Below, one piece after another: positions 1-10,040 of a stretch of DNA of 64,000 nt (its first letter is position 1; every line of letters starts with the position of its first letter). The notes below the pieces were generated by a model, which searched no databases, had not been told where the DNA came from, and was given only the letters and a program-made list of their open reading frames with translations. This DNA is from Bdellovibrionales bacterium (lineage in GTDB: Bacteria; Bdellovibrionota; Bdellovibrionia; Bdellovibrionales; UBA1609), in contig CBDCMT010000001.1 in the NCBI GenBank assembly GCA_965219095.1, forward strand, positions 448,001 through 512,000. The letters run 5' to 3'. Position numbers and translations under genes: made by a program.

Positions 1-714
1 ACACAAAAAGAGCTTTTTTATCATGCGGACATGAAAGGCTCATAAAAGCTCCTGAATTACCCTTCAAAGTAGGGCAATTATGTTTGAGAACATATTTAGA
101 ATAAAAACGGTTATAAGTATGAGAGAACAAACTTCTTTCTTGGCACCTGTAGGATTTAAAATACTCTTTTTCTGATAAATCTTTTGAGACGGGAGGGGGA
201 ATGTTTAAGAGATGAAAATGGGTAGGGCTATAACTCATATGTGTATATAGAGTACGACCAGATCCTGCACAAACTTCAAGCTCTTTTTTCCCAACCACTT
301 TGTCAACATCCACTTCCAAAGTCTTTGGGAAATATATGTGAGACGGTAGAAGGATAAGAGCTTGATCCACCCCCTCTAAAGGACTGTCTCCTGCATTACG
401 AACTTCTTCTAAAAGGCAATTGTCATTTTTTTTAGATAAATAGCTCTGTGTGCAAATATTTTGTGATTTTTGAAGGTCTTGATAAGTTAAATAAAATTCA
501 GGATGAAAAAGAGAAGTGGCAGAAACAACTCTAGCTACTATCTTTTTATTTTCCATAAGGCAATGACCTGCTGTTAAAATAAAAGCTCTAGAACACAATT
601 TTTCTCTCCACTTTAAACGGATCACTAGACCCGAACATGTTTTCACATGCTCAGGCTTTCCCTTAATAGCACTAAAAATGGAAACAAGTCTTACAGAAGA
701 TTCATTGATTTTTT
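1..714 (-). pseudogene. Trypsin-like (S1) serine protease, C-terminal part, split by IS66; runs off the window start
   Basis: Manual minus-strand translation is open from 714 to 1 and contains RAFILTAGHCL (His motif) and HNCPTLKGNSGA (Ser motif). Not in the ORF track. Confidence 0.85.
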
Positions 715-2247
715 GTAACTGCTCACCTACATTGTTCAGTTATCCCTAACTTTAGACCTGTTTTAAGATAAAAGTCTTGCTCTTACAGATTTTCTTTTAA
801 ATACTCTTTTCAAATGACAATAAATAAGACCTCCATCAGAAATGAGATTGAAAATATAAGAAGTGACTTTGATAAGCTTGCAAAGAAAGGTTCTGTGCCT
901 ACTGAGATTTCTGTGGTTTTTGAATCTCTCTTTAAGGTTGTGAACATTCTGATTGTTGTGCTTTTAGAAAAACAGGTTCGAAAAAATTCCAGCAACAGCG
1001 GTCTTCCTCCTTCGCAAGATTTTAGTCGTCAAGGGAATCGTAATAAGAAAGCTAGTGGGAGTCAGAAAAAGGGCTCTAGACTTGATAACAGTAAAGATAC
1101 AAACAGTGAGGAGACTGTCTCTCCCTCAGAGTGTTCTCAGTGTGGGATGTGTTTAAAGACAGCAGAGGTAAAAAGCCTTGAAAAGCGTAAAAAGATTGAT
1201 ATTTTTTATGAAATTCAGACCCATACTGTAACTTCTGAAGTTAAGGATTGTCCCTCATGTGGAGCTAGAAATAAAGGTCAATTCCCTAAAGGTATGAGTG
1301 GTCCTCTTCAGTATGGTATAGGCATTAGAGCTTCCATCATCAATTTCATTATAGTTCAGATGCTGTCTTTTAGAGCGTGTTGGGGAACATTACATGGGGC
1401 TTATAGGTCGAATGATTTCTCCTGCAGTTATGTTGAGATACATTGCTGAATTAGGAGAGTTTCTTAAAAGTTGGGAAGAGCAGATGAAAGAAAAGATACT
1501 TGAATCAGAGGTCATTCATGTTGATGAGACCTCTATGAGGGTTAAGGGTAAAAACTACTGGATTCATACTTATAGTTCAGGAGAATTAGTCTTGCAGTTT
1601 CTCCACCTTTCAGGTGGAAGGGAAGCCATAAAAGATATTGGTCTCTTGGATAGATATGGAGGAGTGCTTGTGCATGATTGTTGGAGTCCTTACTTTTGTT
1701 ATGATAAGATAACTCATGCTTTGTGTGTGGCTCACCTTTTGAGAGAGCTTAAATTTATAGAAGAAAGCAATGGATTCAAATGGGCTACAAATCTCAAAAA
1801 ACTTCTTAAAGAGACTGTGGAGTTAGTTCATAAAAAAGAGTCAAGAGTTCTGACTCAAAAAGAGTACGAAACTCTTCAGAGAAGGTATAGGAGTATTCTT
1901 ACAAAAGGCTTAAAAGAGCTTCCAGAATTTCCTAAAAAAAATGGCAAGAAAGGACGAATAAAGCATACACAAGCTCAAAACCTTTGGCTGCGATTTAAAA
2001 AGTATGAAGCAGAAATACTGTGTTTTTCTAAAAGAAAGAACGTAGATCCTACTAATAACAGAGCTGAAAGAGATCTAAGAATGACTAAAGTGAAAAAGAA
2101 AGTGTCAGGGTGTTTCAGAACAGAAGAAATGGCGAAATATTTTTGTCGTATTACCAGCTATGTTAAAACAATGAGAAATAGAGGGTATTCTTCTTTAGAA
2201 GCCATCTCTATGGCTTTAAATAAAAACTTACGAGAGTGAGCAGTTAC
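715..2247 (+). mobile_element. IS66-family element (single-ORF type)
   Basis: Terminal IRs GTAACTGCTCAC (715) and GTGAGCAGTTAC (ends 2247); 8-bp target duplication GATTTTTT at 707-714 and 2248-2255. Confidence 0.92.
814..2239 (+). pseudogene. IS66 transposase, frameshifted near 1370
   Basis: KNSSNSGLPPS, CxxC zinc finger, HVDET, LCVAHLLREL and TNNRAERDLR motifs. An extra T in a T-run splits the ORF into 814-1449 and 1394-2239. Confidence 0.85.
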
Positions 2248-2412
2248 GATTTTTTCTTCATAATCACTTTGAGGTTCAGTACTAAAAATCTCTATAGCCT
2301 CAGAAGCCTTACAAACTTTCCTTTCTTTCGGACAAAAAATATAGCTTAAGGCTTGAGAAGAAAAACAAAAATAGCTCATTAAAAAGAAGAAAAATAAAGT
2401 GATATACTTCAT
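2248..2412 (-). pseudogene. N-terminal part (signal peptide) of the IS66-split serine protease
   Basis: MKYITLFFFFLMSYFCFSSQALS signal-like start; removing IS66 plus one TSD joins ...DYEEKI to NESSVRLV... in frame. Confidence 0.8.
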
Positions 2413-2434
2413 ATTTTTTTCCTTAAAACTACCT

Positions 2435-4648
2435 TCAAAAGTTATTAAGAATGTAATCGCAATGCTTTATTTTATCTGCTGTTTGATCATCGATATTATC
2501 TGAGCCTTTAAGATTCTTTTTAAACTGCTCACATTCTTTGGCTTTGAGACGTCTCAACTGCTTTCTTATTTCTCTGCTATTCCTCTTAGACTCAGCCCAC
2601 TCTTTATACTTTTTAACACTTCCTAAGAACATTTCACCTGATAGACCTTGTTGGTTTATAAAAGATAACAGACCTTCATCATGGGCTACATCTTTTGTGC
2701 CCTCATAAATATAATCATAAAAAGAATCTATATCCTCTAAAAGACTTGTAATTTTTTCTGAGTGCTCTTTAAACTTTTCTACATCAATTTCAAATTCTAA
2801 AGGAACACCGTAAGGCTTTTCTAAAAGATCCTTTTTAAGGAACTGAGAAGGTGTGTGAATGGCTTTTTTCTTTTCAATATAATCGTTAAGCCAACTTTTT
2901 AAAGATATTTTTCTTTCTTCTCCATCCTTTTTTAAAGTTAAATCAACATCTAAATTTATATCTTTCGATTCAGATAAGCCTAGAATGAGGTAATCTTGAG
3001 ATTTTACATAACCCATCTCCCATTTGTTTTGAAGATCGTACTCTAACATCTGAAAACATCTTAGCATTTTTAGTTTTTCATCATTAGATAAGAGTAAAGA
3101 GTCCACTAATAGCTCTAACAAAGATCTTCTTTTTTCTGCACCTAAATTTTTAAAATTTTTCTTCAAAGATCTATAATCTTGAGCTTCTTTTAAGTTTTCA
3201 TTTAAAAAATTTAAGCTGTATATTTTGTTAAGACATGTATTTAAATTATCGTCGTAATTGGGAAAAAAGTAAAAACCCTCTTTTTTCATGTCAACATCTT
3301 CACGAATTATTTTAACCTTTTTCATGTCACGAAGAACACTAAAAGGAGACAGTCCAGCATAAGTTTCTTTTCCGTTAGGGTTATCAGACAAATGAGGGGC
3401 AATAGAGTGAAAAGTATGATTATACGTTCTACTAAACTTCTTGTCAGGGAAAACAAAATTGATCAAATGTGCTGATTCAATAGCACAATTGTTAAAGAAA
3501 AAAGCATAACCTCCTTGATAAGCCCAATAAACTTCTAAGCTTGCTTTTAGAAGATCCCTCTTTTGCTCTTCGCTCATTTTAATGGGATAGCTTTTAAGCG
3601 TTCTTCCTTCTTCGAAATTATACTCACTTTTCGTTTCTGGCAAATTATAAACCATAAGTTGTGAGGGGTATTTTTTATTAGAAAAAAGGGACCAACCTAG
3701 ACCTACTAAAGGATTAAGCATCACTCCATTAACGAAAGCTCTAAAATTGATGATCACATCATCTGTTATATCTTTTACACAATCTTCTGATTTTTTCTGG
3801 CCGGATTTACACATAACAACTCTGATCATGGAATGGCCAAAACGCCCTATCCCCTCGCCTTTTGAGGCTAAAAGATAGTGAATCTCATAGATACGATTAA
3901 AGTTCATTTCTACACGATAACCATCATGACTATAAACGACTGTGTTTAAGTTTTCACAAGGCGGATAAGGAGTTTTCCAATGATAAGAAATCTGGGAAAA
4001 AACTCTATTTATCAAACTATAAACATAGGGCCTACGACAAGAAAACTGTGAATCCGTTAATAACTTATGAACATTAATAGCAAACTGAAATGATAGAGTT
4101 GTCTCTTTTTTTCCTAAAGCAAGGGGGCTAAATTCATTTGAATTCATGTACTCCAAAAATAGTTTTAAGGATTTCATCTCAGAGGAATTCAGACTTCCTT
4201 TGTAAATATAATAATAGTTCTGTAAAATACCTTTTAAAATCTGTTCTAAAATCATATTTTTATGATTGCTAAAAACATCTCTAGCCCTTGCTAAAGAGAA
4301 AGAAGGAGACTTTATCGAAAGAGTAAGGTAGACTTTTTTAGAATCATACCTCATATGCACACCTCCTCCATAAGATAGAGAACTCTTAAAGACGCTAGGA
4401 AACCTTCTTACATCATCTCTTACTCTCTTCTCATTTAAAAAAAGAGGTATGAAAACCTGTTCTTTTTCTCTTAGACCTTGTTTGATAAAATCAGGTACAA
4501 TTCTATCAACATCAGCTTTAATCTCTTTCCAAGATTGAATATGAGAAACCTTGCTATCCTGCCAAGAAATACCTTTTGTTTCTACAGAAAATAAGCTGCT
4601 AGAAAAGAAAAAAAGTTTAAAAAACACCCACAAATAAACCCATATCAT
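2435..4648 (-). CDS. DUF4105 / Lnb N-terminal-domain secreted protein
   Basis: Signal-like N-terminus; FGHSMIRV and YAFFFNNCA motifs typical of DUF4105. Confidence 0.7.
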   Translation of the reverse strand: MIWVYLWVFFKLFFFSSSLFSVETKGISWQDSKVSHIQSWKEIKADVDRIVPDFIKQGLREKEQVFIPLFLNEKRVRDDVRRFPSVFKSSLSYGGGVHMRYDSKKVYLTLSIKSPSFSLARARDVFSNHKNMILEQILKGILQNYYYIYKGSLNSSEMKSLKLFLEYMNSNEFSPLALGKKETTLSFQFAINVHKLLTDSQFSCRRPYVYSLINRVFSQISYHWKTPYPPCENLNTVVYSHDGYRVEMNFNRIYEIHYLLASKGEGIGRFGHSMIRVVMCKSGQKKSEDCVKDITDDVIINFRAFVNGVMLNPLVGLGWSLFSNKKYPSQLMVYNLPETKSEYNFEEGRTLKSYPIKMSEEQKRDLLKASLEVYWAYQGGYAFFFNNCAIESAHLINFVFPDKKFSRTYNHTFHSIAPHLSDNPNGKETYAGLSPFSVLRDMKKVKIIREDVDMKKEGFYFFPNYDDNLNTCLNKIYSLNFLNENLKEAQDYRSLKKNFKNLGAEKRRSLLELLVDSLLLSNDEKLKMLRCFQMLEYDLQNKWEMGYVKSQDYLILGLSESKDINLDVDLTLKKDGEERKISLKSWLNDYIEKKKAIHTPSQFLKKDLLEKPYGVPLEFEIDVEKFKEHSEKITSLLEDIDSFYDYIYEGTKDVAHDEGLLSFINQQGLSGEMFLGSVKKYKEWAESKRNSREIRKQLRRLKAKECEQFKKNLKGSDNIDDQTADKIKHCDYILNNF

Positions 4649-4876
4649 AAAAAGCTCCCTTGTTTTAGATTTTTATTTTCTAGTAGTCGCTTATATCTAA
4701 AAATCAAATTTGTAAATATCTAACTTCTATAATAAAAATAAAGACCCTTAGCCTAAAAACTTTTCTTCTCAAACAAATAAGATATGAAAAAAATACAAGT
4801 CTATTATAGAAAGCTTTTCAGTCCATAAAAAGTTACGGTTAACTTAATAAGAACTTTTAACTCATAGCATAAAAAC

Positions 4877-4901
4877 TGTCCACTTTTTTGGGGGAAGTCC
4901 A
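4877..4901. mobile_element. Orphan IS3-family-like terminus
   Basis: TGTCCACTTTTTTGGGGGAAGTCCA resembles IS3-family ends; no transposase adjacent. Confidence 0.5.
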
Positions 4902-4989
4902 AAGCTTTTTTCATTTTAGACACCTTTCAAAGGGAGTCAAGAAAGCTGTGTGCTCTCCTATGTATTTAATCAAGTCCAAAATCAACCTT

Positions 4990-6272
4990 CTAGTACAGCA
5001 TAACATTAAATTTTAATATTTTCATAATGCCTCTTAAACTTATTTCTAGCCTTATTATTTGTAAACTGCCAATTGATTTTGATTCTGTTTTTGTTTCTCT
5101 TACGGGTCCAAGTTTCTACTTCTTTTTTTAGTTGTTCAAAACTTCCTATACGTCGGTTTAAACATTGCTTTGAAAGAGCCGAAAACTCGATTTCTGCCAT
5201 ATTTAACCAACTGGCCTTTTTAGGAGTATAAATCATCTCAAGTCTATTTTTTAACTCCAAGGCCTTTTGAGCTGGCATGTTCTCATAAAAAGAAGAGCCA
5301 TTGTGAGTGTTTAAATTATCTTGTATCAATGTGATCTTGTCTACGTCCTTATAATATAAGGACATTTTTCTCATGAAAAGAGCATAATCTTTCTTTGTTT
5401 TTCTCTTTCTTACCTCTACAATTCTTCTTCCACTCAATGGCTCTATGGCTAAGAACACAACACAGGTTCCATTTCTTTTGTAATGATAATCCTCTCTTTT
5501 TTCTTTTCCAGGGCTTACAGGAACTGGCATCAAAACATCTTCTATCAATTGACAAGGACGCTCATCAAAACAAAGAACAGGACGATTAGAATCTAGCTTT
5601 CTTTCATAAACTTCTAAAACAGACTCCATTTGGCAAATAAAATGAGAATCGATCTTGCTTAAACACCACTGTCTTTTTAAATGAGGTTTGACTTCGTTTT
5701 TTTTAATATACGACCCACATGGGTGTGAGAAATAGAGTCTACAACATTTAACTCAACCAACTTATCAGATAGCATCTGTAAACTCCATCGACCATAACCT
5801 TCAGGAGCTTTCGTACAAGCTAAACTCGTAATCTTCGTCCTTTGCTTCCCTGTAAACTTAGGAGGCTTTCCAGGACGAGGAGCATCATAAAGTGCTCTCC
5901 CTAATCCTCCCTTCAAGTACCCTTCTTTGATATTTTGAATAGTCCCTAAAGTTCTCACTCCAAGAATCTCACAAACCTCTGTGGAACCCTTCCCTTGATG
6001 GCTTAAAAGTAAAACCCTGGCTCGTGTTAAAACTCGAGACTGATTCACTCCCTTCTTCAACATCTTCTCTAATTTTGTCTTCTCTGAACTCTTTAACTTT
6101 ATCCTTACTTTTGGCTTTCTTTTTGCTTTTGGATTTGCTCTTGCCTTTGTTTTTAATTTCATCTTTGATCTCATATCCCCTCCTTGGACTTTTTATTAAA
6201 CTACAACAAATATTATAGGAACAACAAAAATACAAGTCAAATATATTGAAATTTAAGGTTATGCTGTACTAG
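4990..6272 (-). mobile_element. IS630-family element, species A (copy 1)
   Basis: CTAG-TACAGCATAAC ... GTTATGCTGTA-CTAG ends; near-identical copies at 55554-58081. Confidence 0.92.
5006..6174 (-). CDS. IS630 transposase: HTH orfA (5677-6174) plus DDE orfB, joined by a probable -1 frameshift
   Basis: CFDE, QDNL and SWLNMAEIE DDE motifs; A8C slippery run at about 5696-5704 links LKK to NEVKPHLKRQWC. Confidence 0.85.
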
Positions 6273-6318
6273 TGCAACCTTTGAGTTTGTAAATTAAAAT
6301 TGTATAACTGATTTTTTC

Positions 6319-7836
6319 GCCTCCTCAAAAGAATCTGTGGGTTCCCGGAGGTTCTGGCAGTTTTCCAAGGTTATGATATAAGGCGATTTTTATAGCTTTA
6401 GAGGTTCTAAAGCCGTAAGATTTTCTCATAGTGAGTTTTACTTTGTTGTTTAAACCCTCTACAATCCCTGAGGAGAAGGCTTTTTTAGCCTTGAAGTAAT
6501 TAAGAATAAGTAGCTTATGTCTTCGTATGGTTTTTGCTTCTCTTTTCATAGGTTCAATTTTTGAAAGCATGACTCGTCTCGTCCAACTGTCTATAAATTT
6601 ACCAGCCCAAGTTGGTGAAACATAGGTCCATAACTGTCGGAAGTCTTCTTTTAAAAGATAACAGCGGATACTTTTTAAATTGTACTGTATTAAATGCCTT
6701 AATTTTACTTTTTCATAAGATTTTAAATTTTCTGCATTTTTTAACAAGGGCCATCTAGCTTTTGTTAAAAGGGGTTCATACCCGTCTTCTTTCATTTTTT
6801 TGTGTTCTGAAGCTCTCACTTCGTCTAAAGCCTTATTGAGTCTTGCTACGATATGAAACCGATCTAATATGTGTAAAGCTCCACTTGCCCTCTCCTTTAT
6901 GACTTTTAAATAAGGCTTCCACATATCAGACACACAAACCGTATATCTTTTGACTTCTCTCCTAGTAAATCAAAGAATTTTCTAAAACTCTTTTCTGTTC
7001 GTTTCTCTCCTATCCACAACAAGCGTACACGGGTTTTGCTTATTTCATAGACTAAGGTGAGATACTGATGGTTCTTTTTCCATTGTATTTCATCTACACC
7101 TATAGCTTGTATTCCCTTTAAAACCCTTTGTTTTAAACCATATTCTACGACCCATTCTACCGAAGCATAGACCTGATTCCAACTGACATGAAACTTACAA
7201 GAAACCTCTTTCCAAGACAGGTGACGACACCAGTCTGCTAAATACTTCATGTAAAAGATCGTTAAACTCTTCTTACCATCGGCCCAAGGTAAATACTCAA
7301 CTTTTACCCCACAGCAAGGACAATTAACTCTTCTTACAAAATAAACAAAAAACACCCTGTAACTTAAAATAGGAAGGGATTCAAAGTCCCGTGATGATTT
7401 ACTGCTGTCATACACTGAACAGGGCTTCTTACAAACACTACAAAAAGCTTGGCCATTTTTACGAGCCTTAATAGGAACATTAATTGACTTTCTATCTTTT
7501 GAAAAATAAATGTCTCCGTATACAAAAGACTTCCATCTTAAACAATCATTTAGTATAGTCTTCAAAAGCATCTCTTCCCTCCTTTTTTTTTTTTGAATAA
7601 CATTTTAAGGCATCTGGGAAGTAGGTGCTTCTTTTTTAAAATTTTAATGTAACACAGCAAATAAAAGCAAATAAAATGAATGTTTTTGAGTTCAATCACC
7701 GGAGGTGATAGAGGCCAGTAAGGGCCTCAAAGAACTCAAAAATACAAGATAGAATGTCTTACTCTTACTTTGATTAATATGAGCCTTTTTGGGGGATTTC
7801 TAGCTACTTTTCACCCACAGATTCCCGGGAGGAGCC
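6319..7836 (-). mobile_element. ISL3-family element
   Basis: IRs GCCTCCTCAAAAGAATCTGTGGG (6319) and CCCACAGATTCCCGGGAGGAGCC (ends 7836). Confidence 0.88.
6325..7571 (-). pseudogene. ISL3 transposase, single-base frameshift near 6935
   Basis: GVDE, DMW, DRFH and EGLNNKVK motifs; RFVCSDMW is broken by a 1-nt deletion. Confidence 0.85.
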
Positions 7837-8007
7837 ATTTTTTCTTTCATTTCAAAATAAATCTAAGTAAAATGTTCTCTTATTCATTCTTCTAAATTTG
7901 GATAATATCATCTTGGTCTAGCAGTTCATATTGATTCAAAATTCTTGAAGGTTTTTTATCGTCAATTTTATGAAAATTAAGTTTATAGCAAAAAACACTC
8001 TTTCTTT

Positions 8008-8952
8008 TTAATAGATGAGCATTTTTTCTTTTAGTTTGCAACCTCTAAGAAACTCTGCTACAGACATCTCTTTCTTAGATGCTTTTTTTACTTTCAGAAC
8101 TTTGAGAGCTGTCAAGTTGTGACAAGCCACTGTGAAGAAGTGGGAGCTTATTTGTGTAATTTCTCCTAGTTTATGATGTGGAAGGCATGATGAAACCTCT
8201 GACTGAGTGATTTTTAAAGAAAGGGTTTGTTTTTTGTCAAGAAAGCAAAAAGCTTGAGGTCCTAGGAAAAGCCCTCTAATTTTATTGTGTAAGCTAAGAG
8301 CCTCTTGAGACCAATAAAGCCTTGCCTCTTTTTTTTTAATTTTAGGGGCATAAGTGACAAAGGATTCGTCTTGAGGGAGAACTTTAATTTCTTTTCTTAC
8401 ATACTGTTTTAATTCATTTTTTAAAATTTCAATGGATTTTTGTTCTAGAATTTTAAAGACTTGATCTGCATTTTCATCTTTTAAGGTTATTTTTTTTTGA
8501 GAAATGACGTCTCCTTCGTCTAAAGCTTCTGCAACTTTTTGAAGGGTCATACCTGTTGTCGAATCTCCTGCCATAAGAGCACGTTGAATAGGAGCAGATC
8601 CTCTCCAACGAGGAAGAAGGCTTCCATGAAGGTTGACTACATTTTCAGGATAAAGGGCTAAGAACTTAGAAGATAAAATTTGCCCATAGGCTACTACAAC
8701 ACACAATTCAGCATTTAAAGCTTTTAGGGCTTTAAAAACTTGTGGATGATTGATGTTTTGAGGTGTGAGAAGAGGAAGTTTGTGTTGTAGGCTTAAGTTT
8801 TTGACAGGGCTGGGAGTAAGCTTCATATGACGATTTTGAAAGGAATCAGGTTGTGATACGACGCCTACAACTTGATAATCACTATCTTCTAAAAGAGCTT
8901 GTAAGCAGTGATGGGCAAAAAGAGGTGTTCCTAAAAAGAGAGTTTTTATCAT
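8008..8952 (-). CDS. fmt: Methionyl-tRNA formyltransferase
   Basis: FLGTP, VVAYGQIL, NLHGSLLPRWRGSAPIQRA; adjacent to def. Confidence 0.96.
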   Translation of the reverse strand: MIKTLFLGTPLFAHHCLQALLEDSDYQVVGVVSQPDSFQNRHMKLTPSPVKNLSLQHKLPLLTPQNINHPQVFKALKALNAELCVVVAYGQILSSKFLALYPENVVNLHGSLLPRWRGSAPIQRALMAGDSTTGMTLQKVAEALDEGDVISQKKITLKDENADQVFKILEQKSIEILKNELKQYVRKEIKVLPQDESFVTYAPKIKKKEARLYWSQEALSLHNKIRGLFLGPQAFCFLDKKQTLSLKITQSEVSSCLPHHKLGEITQISSHFFTVACHNLTALKVLKVKKASKKEMSVAEFLRGCKLKEKMLIY

Positions 8953-8961
8953 TCTAAGGCT

Positions 8962-9597
8962 TTATGGTTTTGAAATTTCCTCAAGCGTCTGAGTAGGCTG
9001 AGGGTAGCCATGTTTTTTGATACGTTGTTTGATTTTTTGTCCTTTTATTGTACTGAGATGATCAATGAAGAGTTTTCCATCGAGATGATCAATTTCATGC
9101 TGTATACAAATAGCTATCAAACCATCTACTTCTTTGGTTTTTTTCTCACCTTTTAAATTGTAGTATTCAAAACAAATCCGTTCAGCACGTTTAACTTCTT
9201 CAAAGTAAGTAGGAACACTTAAACAACCTTCCTGAAATTTAACAGAACCTTTCTTATCAATCACTTTGGGATTGATAAGAATCAGGGGTTGAGGAATTTG
9301 TTTTTCTAAATCTGTTATGCTCTTAACTTTATAACGACGAAGTTCCATATCCTCTAAAGGGTTTTGATCGTTGTAGGCTGCTGTCGTGTCCATGGCTACA
9401 ATTCTCTGCAAGCGACCTACTTGGGGAGCTGCTAGTCCTATACCATAGCTTTCGTACATGGTGTGTAAAAGGTTTTCAGAAAAGGAAGTCAATTCTTCAT
9501 TTTTAAAGTCCTCTTCTCTAAGTTCTTTTGAGACCTTCCTGAGGATAGGATTAGGATAAGTTAAAATCTTAAGTTTAGCGATCATACCATTTTTCAC
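8962..9597 (-). CDS. def: Peptide deformylase
   Basis: GIGLAAPQVG, EGCLS, QHEIDHLDG motifs. Confidence 0.97.
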   Translation of the reverse strand: MKNGMIAKLKILTYPNPILRKVSKELREEDFKNEELTSFSENLLHTMYESYGIGLAAPQVGRLQRIVAMDTTAAYNDQNPLEDMELRRYKVKSITDLEKQIPQPLILINPKVIDKKGSVKFQEGCLSVPTYFEEVKRAERICFEYYNLKGEKKTKEVDGLIAICIQHEIDHLDGKLFIDHLSTIKGQKIKQRIKKHGYPQPTQTLEEISKP

Positions 9598-9726
9598 CTT
9601 TCATTAAGTAGATTATATAATATTTGGAGGGTTTTTTCCAGAGATAGATCATATTTTTCTTAACCATTAAAATCACTGTCTTTTTTATCTTATTTTTATT
9701 GATTTTAGAGGTAAGGTTCTTTTTTT

Positions 9727-10040
9727 GGCTCCTCCCAGAAATCCGTGGGTAAAAGGAAAAGAAAGCGGGTTATGCAACTCACCTTTCCTAAATTCCCGAC
9801 AAAAAATATACACTAGGATTTAAGTTCTGCTCAGAATCTGGAAAATTTCTTATTCCCCCTCGTAAAAAGTAGGATTTTATAGAATTTTTAGAGATAAATA
9901 CTCTTGCCTATGCTTAATCCTGATGTATAATATATATAGCAGGATTGCTAGGAGGATATGCGATGAGTTTCATTAGAAGAATAAAAAAGAAGGGCTCCTC
10001 AAAAGAACCTCCGGGAACCCACAGATTCTTTTGAGGAGGC
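9727..10040. mobile_element. Stack of IS remnants: ISL3 end, IS1634 left end with first codons, 48-bp mini-ISL3
   Basis: GGCTCCTCCCAGAAATCCGTGGG at 9727; CCTAAATTCCCGAC at 9787; ATG at 9963 reads MSFIRRIKKKG; 9993-10040 is bounded by ISL3-type IRs. Confidence 0.75.

Noticed and set aside
5349..6235. Short overlapping ORFs in IS630-A (also repeated at 55913-58044)
   Set aside because: Alternate-frame or antisense shadows, repeated only because the IS is repeated.
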